The notes beneath the pieces were generated by a model, which did no database searches, was not told where the DNA came from, and saw only the letters and a list, made by a program, of their open reading frames with translations. Shown piece by piece: positions 38,561 to 46,977 of a stretch of DNA of 46,977 nucleotides; position 1 is the first letter of the stretch, and each line of letters starts with the position of its first letter. This stretch comes from Nemertoderma westbladi (lineage: Eukaryota > Animalia > Xenacoelomorpha): NCBI GenBank assembly GCA_032718475.1, contig JAUCBJ010004606.1:1-46977 (forward strand), given 5' to 3'. The translations under genes and the position numbers were made by a program.

Positions 38561-38853
38561 TTCGCAACCCGGAAGACGCCTTGGAGTACGGTATAGACAA
38601 CATCAGCGCTTGCTTTGCTGACGTCGGTAATGATGTTTTCAAATCGGTACACATATGCGCGGGGTACATGAATGCCATTGACCAAACTGACTACGTAAAG
38701 GCAGACATGAACGGATACATGGCCATCGCCGAGGAGCTGGATCTGTGCGGAATTGATGCTGTTTCTATTGAGGACGCCTACAGACACAACAGTCTGGAAC
38801 TCTTCGAGATGTTTAAAAAAGTATCAGTTGTCCTCGGTGTAATTAAAATTCAA
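38561..38853 (+). CDS. metE: MetE-like, coding exon 5 (Zn ligands H-x-C and E)
   Basis: TTGTAG|TT; ...SVHICAGY...DAVSIEDA...VVLGVIKIQ; phase-0 donor GTAAGG at 38854. Confidence 0.9.
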
Positions 38854-39204
38854 GTAAGGATTTCTTACAATGAGCGACAGTGCACCGATGGTGTAGCTGA
38901 CTCGTATCAAATACTTATAATCAGAGAAGTGAAAGTATTTTGTGGTCGTTGTGCCGGTAAAGGGCATAAAGTCATATCTTATATTTTGTGCTCTTTGAAT
39001 ATTACTTCATTCTTAGCTGCCATAAACACCATTCTCACCCGCCATATAAAGTTATAGATTGCTACCTTTTTTTATTGCATTTCCAAATTCGTTTGCGTAT
39101 TAATAATATCGTCATTACAATGTTGTTATGATACTTTTAACTATCATATACTGTAGTCAACAAGGAGTATTAGTATTTATTATCTGATATACATTGTATT
39201 CTAG

Positions 39205-39402
39205 AACTCCGAGATAGAGACTGTTGATGATATTGAACAACGGATTCTGGAGGTTCTGACAGTGATCCCACCAGAACGGCTAATGGTCTCTCCAGATTGC
39301 GGTTTGGGTTTCCTACCTAAACCTCTTCTTCTCGCCAAAGTTCGGAATATGGTTGAGGCTGTGAGAAGAGTTAACGAAATTATCGCTAATGATTCGAGTT
39401 GA
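39205..39402 (+). CDS. metE: MetE-like, final coding exon 6 (last Zn ligand, PDCG)
   Basis: TTCTAG|NSEIETVDDIEQRILEVLTVIPPERLMVSPDCGLGFLP...AKVRNMVEAVRRVNEIIANDSS*. Not in the ORF track because the + frame has no early start codon. Confidence 0.9.
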   Translation, partial: NSEIETVDDIEQRILEVLTVIPPERLMVSPDCGLGFLPKPLLLAKVRNMVEAVRRVNEIIANDSS

Positions 39403-39984
39403 ACCTCAAACACTTGCTATACATGTTCTGTATATATGGACGAAGGACAGACATTATTTTATGTTAATTAAAAAAACATTTTTGTAGTTGCAATGTACTG
39501 AGTATAATATTAATGTGCGTCATTCGGTGTATTAGGTTATTCATTGGTAACTTTAGGGAAAACTTGACAGTGATTGGCTAACAGTAGCTTTACTTCTCAC
39601 AGTTGAATAATAGGCAAGTGTTAGCTGGTCAATCAATGTTATTGGTTGGATGTAACTCATGAATTTATGTGACTATGTCTCTCAGCTCCAGTTGTAGTGC
39701 TCTATTGCAATATATAATGTAAAATAATATGGCCGCTTTATCTACAATGATTGATTATCCAAAGAGGATCACTAAAGATCATGTGTAGGTAGACCAACGA
39801 AATGTGAGAAGGTTTCCACTTTCAACCATTTCTACCCTAGCGACATAGCGTTTATGGGATTTCTGGGGAAAATATTGCTGTAATCACAGATCAGTATACG
39901 ATGGTTCGACGACATTTTTGTCTACTTTTGATGGTGACACAGAACCATTCGAAGTGTTATGGGGAGACACTTGCACAATTCTTA

Positions 39985-40085
39985 TATGACCTTCGCATAT
40001 CCTATTGTTTATGTGTGTGGGACAGCGGATACTGGCCTTGAAGATGCCGGTAATTTCGTGAAAGTCATGGGGGGATAGGTAGGTA
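39985..40085 (+). mobile_element. Short, highly decayed RTE 3'-end fragment
   Basis: GGATACTGGCCTTGAAGATGC...TCATGGGGGATAG matches 34383-34433. Confidence 0.55.
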
Positions 40086-40577
40086 GTTACAATATTTTCG
40101 CAAGAATGCTTTGCATGCATGCAAAGCATAACTATATATTAAGCATTAACATTAAGCGTATCTTAATGCGCACCGCAATGGTGGTGGCGCAAAGTTGTTA
40201 CGCCATCATAGCATCTCAAAGTGCAGCAACAATTTTAGCCGATTAAGATAGACAGATAAGACAATGCCTACATTATTTTTGGTGTATTGAGAATGTTTAC
40301 ATAATGTATATATAAAATATATCACCATATGAACAATATTTGTTTAATTCAGTATATTATTTAAACATAAGAAACTTTTAACCATTATATCTCTCAATAA
40401 TATGAAAATAATATCATCCATTATGTCTACAAACATGAGCCAATATAACAATCGCAAACCACGCACAGATTGATATGCCAATATGGAGAAAGTATTTACC
40501 TATATGATACAGAGTCAATATCATCTCTTTAGAAATATAATAATGAATTTTTAGAGCCTAAATATATAGTGATTGAA

Positions 40578-41801
40578 TTAGTCTGAGCCATATATGAATT
40601 TACCTTTTTGTATAAGTCGAACAATTGCGGTAATTCCTTGTTGAAGAACTTTACATCTATCATTTATATCTGAAGCTATAAATTTAGCCTCCATCCCTCT
40701 GTGCGCACAACCACTGACAAAGACATCCCTAACTCTACGGAACTCCATAACATCTGCCTTCATTCGTTCCACACCATAGACATTTATGTGGTGGTCGAGT
40801 TTTCTACTGAAGTAATCATGAAGCATGAAGTCAGCCTTGTTGATCATTTTGAGTTGGTCTGTTTGGTTTGTAGTTAAAGTATTGACTCTTTTTTTGTTTC
40901 TTGCATTAATAGGAAAATAAATTATATCATCAAATGTCCAACCCATCAACTTCTTTAACAAAATCATTGACTCATCGAACCTTTCCAGAACCATTACTAA
41001 CTCGAATTCCGTATCGATATATTTAATGGCAGCATTAATTTCATCGATATTGGCATTTCTGCTGAACCGAAAACCGAAATCCAACATCATTGGGTCCCTT
41101 AGAGGAAATTCTATTTTTCCTTTAAAGTGAAATTCCTCTGGATTCGCGATAAAATATTCCAAAGCTCTGTGATTCCTAGAAACAGCAGTACAAGGAGGTA
41201 GAAATCCACACATGTAGTCCATTAATGATTCCATATGACGGGATGGATCTCTGATTATGGAGACCTTTTTGTATCCCGGTTTCATTAATAAATCCACTGT
41301 TGTTGCATTGTATACTGTGTGAAGGTAAATAACATCTATGGTGTTGCTAAATTTGCTTTTGTCTTTAGCTTTGTAGTTCATCAATAGTTCTGGGACAAAA
41401 GGAGTTACCCATTCCACAAAGTGAAGAAGCTCTGGCCTTGGCACACCAATCTTAAGATGGTTCCGAATAGCGAACCAAGTGAGAACGGTACTCACGGTTT
41501 CACTGCCACATTTATGTTGCTTCAAGAAGTATATGGCTGTGGAGCGCTGCTGGGGAGTAGTGGGTTCATGAATTGTTGCGGTGGTGGCATTGTAGATATT
41601 GCTTGTAGTTAGTGTAGATTTAGAAATTGGTGAATGGTAGGATTCATTGTAGATAAATATTACATTGTTCTTATAATTCTTTGTCAGGTAGGAATCTTTG
41701 TAATTAACTATTACATCGATCTTTGTCAATATAAATAATGAGATAAAACATAGAGTTGTTAAGATGACCAGTTTACATATCAATCTTATCTTAGTCGCCA
41801 T
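40578..41801 (-). CDS. GAL3ST: Galactose-3-O-sulfotransferase family (GAL3ST/cerebroside-sulfotransferase-like) type II membrane protein, 407 aa
   Basis: N-terminal TM anchor and Thr-rich stem. 5'-PSB-like IYFLKQHKCGSET (family FLKxHKxxSxT), 3'-PB SIIRDP, then FELVMVLERFDESMILLK..MGW, INAR and DFMLHDYF. A probable acceptor (CCCTAACAG on -) at ~41843 suggests an upstream non-coding exon. Confidence 0.9.
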   Translation of the reverse strand: MATKIRLICKLVILTTLCFISLFILTKIDVIVNYKDSYLTKNYKNNVIFIYNESYHSPISKSTLTTSNIYNATTATIHEPTTPQQRSTAIYFLKQHKCGSETVSTVLTWFAIRNHLKIGVPRPELLHFVEWVTPFVPELLMNYKAKDKSKFSNTIDVIYLHTVYNATTVDLLMKPGYKKVSIIRDPSRHMESLMDYMCGFLPPCTAVSRNHRALEYFIANPEEFHFKGKIEFPLRDPMMLDFGFRFSRNANIDEINAAIKYIDTEFELVMVLERFDESMILLKKLMGWTFDDIIYFPINARNKKRVNTLTTNQTDQLKMINKADFMLHDYFSRKLDHHINVYGVERMKADVMEFRRVRDVFVSGCAHRGMEAKFIASDINDRCKVLQQGITAIVRLIQKGKFIYGSD

Positions 41802-42486
41802 TAGGAATATTATTAGGAATGTAAGAGCAGGGATGGTAGAGGCTGTTAGGGAATAAGGAAGGTATAGTATAAAATGTGTAAGTGCAGGGTCAAGGAGTAG
41901 TTAGGAAAAACAAATGCAAATTATTTAAATATCCAATAAAATATCTATGAAGTCTAAAACCTAGTATAAAATTCGTTAAAATATATTTTACAGTTACTGT
42001 AAGAATTTATATTACATATTATTAAGTATGAGATGTTTATTTTTTCTATTTATCTATCTGTATATCTTCTTGTAGAATTTTGTTATTTAATCTGATTGCA
42101 AGCATCCATCCATTCATTCCCTATTAGTACTGTAGTAGGCACACAGCATGTCATAATTAACTCAAATACTTTAACATACAGTACATGGGATATTGTGAGG
42201 GGAGTATTCAGATCAATGAAGGCCTATAATTATGAGTTTGTATAAGAAGCCATACTGTTAAATTATCACAAAACAGATGTCATAAGAACGCATCATTGAT
42301 CTATTCAAGTAAATGATCTAATAGCTTTGTAAAAGGCGGGGGGAGCCTGTCACAACAAACACCAATAATTTTATTAAACAATCAAACATAACTAGCATCA
42401 TTGCAACACATAATAATTACATTTAGCTGGATGCAAATCCCATCTCGGCGAATTAATATTTCGCCTTAATTCAAAATTATCAATTT

Positions 42487-42650
42487 AGGGAAAGGAGCAG
42501 GTTACAGTGGAACGTTGTTTTAACCAAAGCAAGAAACTAAAGTCAATAGAACAGGATATAGTTTTATTTTTGGGCGTAATCAGCTGTTAATTGCGTCTAT
42601 TTTCCCAGGAGAGGATGAATTTTGTTTGTGTCGAAAGTCCCCCCTATCTG
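42487..42650 (-). repeat. Inverted copy of the dispersed repeat at 11250-11395 / 31630-31770
   Basis: AGGGAAAGGAGCAGGTTACAGTGG...AAACTAAAGTCAATAGAACAGG...GGAGAGGATGAATTTTG. Confidence 0.78.
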
Positions 42651-43463
42651 ACTCTACTCTACTGTTACTTTGGATGTGTTTTCACTTTACATATCAGATC
42701 ATTGCAGCTCTAAAGAGCCTGAGATTAGTATTTTATAGGTACAAGAAGTTGGTCATCACGAAAAGGAGTTTATGAGGCTGTCGCGCGCAGTGTCGCTTTG
42801 GTGCAAAATGTTTAAGTTGCTTTGACCTCAAGATATTATTTTTTTGCCCCCCCCCCATACATCAACACCACAAAAGGTGTATCGGTCGATATAACAATGC
42901 AGTTATTCTTCGATGGTTATTCGATAGTTATTATTTGACGTTGCAGCTGTAGGGATTCCAAATTTTAAAATATCAAATTTTAAAATATTATTGATATTGT
43001 TATAATAATAACAATAATTAATTAAACCCGAAAAGATCGTACAAATAATATAAGCTATGAATGTAGCATCCATCCCAGGCAAACGCATGGCGAGAAGAGA
43101 CCGGGACCGGATGGATAAGTTTAGGATGGAATTTAAATGGCATGGGGGGGGGGGATTATTGTTGCCCGCTGGATATTATTCCCCAAGAGTAGGGGAGAGC
43201 AGGGAAGGTTGAACCATGAGGAGGGGTGAATCAGTGCGATTTAAAGAAGAACGCTTGGGTTTGGTGTTTCCATGGATACACCATTAGAAAGACAATTAAA
43301 AACTTCACCTATTGTTGTATTTAGTCAAACCAACTCTAGCCTACATGCTGTTTTGCTATGAAGGAAAGTATACTTTTCCCACCTGTTTTCTAGAACTGAT
43401 ACGACTGTTTTGGATCCCTTCCATTTAATTGATTTGACAATTCACCAATAAGTTATCGTTCCT

Positions 43464-44462
43464 TATAGTCGATATAGTCGATATAGTCGATATAGTCGAT
43501 ATAGTCGATATAGTCGATATAGTCGATATAGTCGATATAGTCGATATAGTCGATATAGTCGATATAGTCGATATAGTCGATATAGTCGATATAGTCGATA
43601 TAGTCGATATAGTCGATATAGTCGATATAGTCGATATAGTCGATATAGTCGATATAGTCGATATAGTCGATATAGTCGATATAGTCGATATAGTCGATAT
43701 AGTCGATATAGTCGATATAGTCGATATAGTCGATATAGTCGATATAGTCGATATAGTCGATATAGTCGATATAGTCGATATAGTCGATATAGTCGATATA
43801 GGCGATATAGTCGATATAGTCGATATTGTCGATATAGTCGATATAGTCGATATAGTCGATATAGTCGATATAGTCGATATAGTCGATATAGTCGATATAG
43901 TCGATATAGTCGATATAGTCGATATAGTCGATATAGTCGATATAGTCGATATAGTCGATATAGTCGATATAGTCGATATAGTCGATATAGTCGATATAGT
44001 CGATATAGTCGATATAGTCGATATAGTCGATATAGTCGATATAGTCGATATAGTCGATATAGTCGATATTGTCGATATAGTCGATATAGTCGATATAGTC
44101 GATATAGTCGATATAGTCGATATAGTCGATATAGTCGATATAGTCGATATAGTCGATATAGTCGATATAGTCGATATAGTCGATATAGTCGATATAGTCG
44201 ATATAGTCGATATAGTCGATATAGTCGATATAGTCGATATAGTCGATATAGTCGATATAGTCGATATAGTCGATATAGTCGATATAGTCGATATAGTCGA
44301 TATAGTCGATATAGTCGATATAGTCGATATAGTCGATATAGTCGATATAGTCGATATAGTCGATATAGTCGATATAGTCGATATAGTCGATATAGTCGAT
44401 ATAGTCGATATAGTCGATATAGTCGATATAGTCGATATAGTCGATATAGTCGATATAGTCGA
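43464..44462. repeat. 9-bp satellite (ATAGTCGAT)n, ~111 copies
   Basis: Almost perfect array with only a few point variants (~43802, 43827, 44070). Confidence 0.98.
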
Positions 44463-44839
44463 CATTTTTCACCTGGTTGCTATATTATTCACCAGTAAAT
44501 TAATTACATCTGATACACCGATTAGCTATAATTTCTAAGCGACAGCTATTACATGATAGACCTTTTGAGGGAATTTTTCCGAATGACTACTCAACCAACT
44601 GCTTCAAAGAAACCAACAATGGTTTAGATCGACAATTGTGGGCAAAAACCTAAATTAATGTCGTATCTCGCTTAGCCTATTGGTTGTTCTGGATATTAAT
44701 CTCAGGTATGGATGGTATTTAGTAGGACTAACTGACTATGCTTGTTTCATTTTTACTTTCTTGTCAACCGTGGTGACAGGTAGTAGATAACGGTAGAGGC
44801 AGAGTCGTAAGATGTGATGCAAATATGAAAACCGTTTAG

Positions 44840-45310
44840 CCAAATCTGTCTTACATCTCGAGATTTGGCTGTCTGTCCGTTTTACTATCAGTCTGTCCGT
44901 CAGTATGTCTCCTAAACAATAGAAAACATACAATCTGTTTTTGCCTATATGAGTTTTATTGGTCTGTTACTTCATTTCTGATATCAGTATTACAATTTTG
45001 TCTTGTCGTTTCTGTCTGCATGCCTGTCAGTCTGTCCGTCAAAATATAACCGACAGCCAAACATACAATTTTGAAGTCATCAAATGTTAGATCTGACACT
45101 CGAAAAGAATTTGGAGACCAGCAAAACCCCTATAACTAAACTTTTAGCTAGATTGTGTGCCGTTTTCTTATATTTAACGGACAGATTGTCGGATAGAATA
45201 ACCGACAGACAGACAAACTAGATTTCATTAAAAAGTGAAATCTGACCTCAGAAATGAAATCAGCATCCAGAAAAACCCCCATAGCAATAATCTTAGCATG
45301 GTTTTGTGAT
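44840..45310. mobile_element. Helentron/DINE-like non-autonomous repeat remnants
   Basis: CTGTCCGT/GACAGACAG microsatellite-like blocks in both orientations, plus AATCAGCA...AAAAACCCC motifs. The family call is by resemblance only. Confidence 0.35.
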
Positions 45311-45574
45311 CTAGTATTGCTACAGTAGTATATATATATATATTGACAAACATTCTCACATATTAACAGATAATTTTTGTGCGGGAAGGTTCGAACTTTA
45401 AAGGCAATTATCACGGAATGGATTTTTTCATTTTTAAAACACATCTCCTCCGCTGTTTTTCACCCAATTTATACGTTTTTGGTATCAAATGAAAGCTACT
45501 TGAGTGTGTGTTATAATAAAAAAAATTCAAGCAGTTTTTTTTAGTTTTGCAATTATTCATCTGTTATAACATTT

Positions 45575-46977
45575 TTAACCCTATTAAACCCGGGGGGGGG
45601 GGGGGGTCAATATGACCCCCCCGTGGTTTTTTTATTATAATTCTGAAACAAACGCAGTTGGGAATCTGAAATTTTATGACTTTTCCTAAAAATCTATTGT
45701 CTTCCTAGTAGTGAAAACCGTTTTCAAAAATATTGGGTAGTTTTCGAGTTATAGCACCATTTTTCAACCCTACTTTTGGCACTTTTTTTGAGACGTTTTT
45801 TGAAAATTACATTTCATTAAATATGAATTGTAACATCTCTATTTTTGATTTACACCGGTTTTTTGGTGTTAGAAATTATATGGAATTCGTGTAAATTGAT
45901 TTAGAAATTTCAAACTTGTTTTTTTCGGCGGGTGCCAATTTTTGGTGCCAGCACCAAATTTTGAAATATGTCAATTTTGTAAATTGATTGCGTGAAACTT
46001 GTTTTTTACGCAATTGGGGTTTTTTGGGGTTCTGGTTTCGATGAAATATATACGAGTTGCACCAAGCGTATCAAACGTGTATTTTTCGGTGGTGGGTTCA
46101 AATTTTGGTGCTAGCACGAAATTTTGAAAATCCATTGAATTGATATAATTGTTTGTGGCAATTTATTTCTTGCGTTTTAGAGGTTTATGGCTATTCTGAA
46201 TTGAATGGAATATATAATTTTCGAACTAGGCATCTCAAACTTGTATTTTTCGGAAGTGGGTGCAAAATGTGGTGCTAGCACCAAATTTTGAAAACCATCA
46301 AATATATAAATTGATTGTGTCACCTTGTTTCTTGCGTTATACGGGTTTGTGAGGGTTCTGAATTCAATGGAATCAGTAAAAATTTCATAAGAGTTTTCAA
46401 ACATTGTATTTTTCGCCGGTGGGTGAAAATTGTTGTGCCAGCACCAAATTTTGGAAAATAAGCAAATTGATCAGTAGATAGTATCATCTTGTTTATTGCG
46501 TTATACGGGTTTATGAGGGTCCTGAATCCGATGGAATCAATAAATACAGCACTGGACATCGCAAACTTGTACTTTTTGGTGATGCGTACGACATTTGGTC
46601 CTAGCACCAAAGTTTGCCAAATTACGCCGAAAAATACAAGTAGCAATGATCGGGCATTTTAGAAATGTATTCCATTAGAATCAGCGCCCTCGAAAACCTG
46701 AAAATGTGAATTTATAGCATCGTATAAGTGAATTCAAAATGTTGTGTTCGAACTGAAAAGTGCTGGTTACTTGTTTTTTTTCATTTTTTTTCCTACGCAG
46801 AGAGGTCTAAACAGCCATTTATAGTAATCATATCATTTTTAAATATTTTCCAATGTATTTTGCGCCCCAGAAATCCTGTATTGAAATACAATTAGCCGAA
46901 AAATGTAACTTTCATATTTTCTGAAAATTGTGCACTGCTTGTAATTTTGGTGCTGCAATATAACCACCCCAGTACAT
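45575..46977 (+). mobile_element. Putative piggyBac-like non-autonomous element (one end only) with internal ~163-bp tandem repeats
   Basis: Starts TTAA-CCCT followed by the subterminal palindrome GGGGGGTCAATATGACCCCCC. GTGC(C/T)AGCACCAAATTTTG recurs at ~45945, 46108, 46272, 46436 and 46598. The other end is not visible. Confidence 0.5.

Noticed and set aside
33826-39402. Bacterial contamination as the source of the MetE-like sequence
   Set aside because: It has five GT-AG introns containing host repeats (RTE fragment, minisatellite).
33826-41801. Functional sulfur-metabolism cluster or operon (MetE-like + sulfotransferase, next to the insulin-like gene)
   Set aside because: The genes are convergent, act in different compartments (cytosol vs Golgi) and appear to have separate promoters. 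Adjacency alone is not evidence without conserved synteny.
43425-44472. (STI)n and (DYI)n ORFs
   Set aside because: Translations of a 9-bp satellite.

Overview
AT-rich, repeat-laden eukaryotic DNA with spliceosomal introns, most likely from an invertebrate animal. It is not prokaryotic. I can assemble three protein-coding genes by hand. (1) An insulin/IGF-family prepropeptide gene on +: a probable short first exon at 3207-3245, a signal + B-chain exon at 11806-11992 and an A-chain + C-terminal extension exon at 30700-30935. Its mature region has 10 Cys instead of the canonical 6, and its ~18.7-kb last intron is mostly a ~15-kb 61/62-bp satellite. (2) A six-coding-exon, 366-aa single-barrel cobalamin-independent methionine-synthase-like (MetE catalytic domain only) gene on + at 33826-39402, with all four Zn ligands. 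(3) A galactose-3-O-sulfotransferase-family gene on - at 40578-41801 with an uninterrupted CDS. The rest is a decayed RTE-clade LINE whose 3' end sits in a 199-bp palindrome, further RTE fragments, a CR1/L2-like RT fragment, MITE/Helentron/piggyBac-like non-autonomous pieces, and tandem arrays with units of 8, 9, 21, 25, 28, 33, 61/62, ~69 and ~163 bp. Most long ORFs in the supplied track are artefacts of these arrays. All calls come from manual reading and motif recognition; no database search was run.
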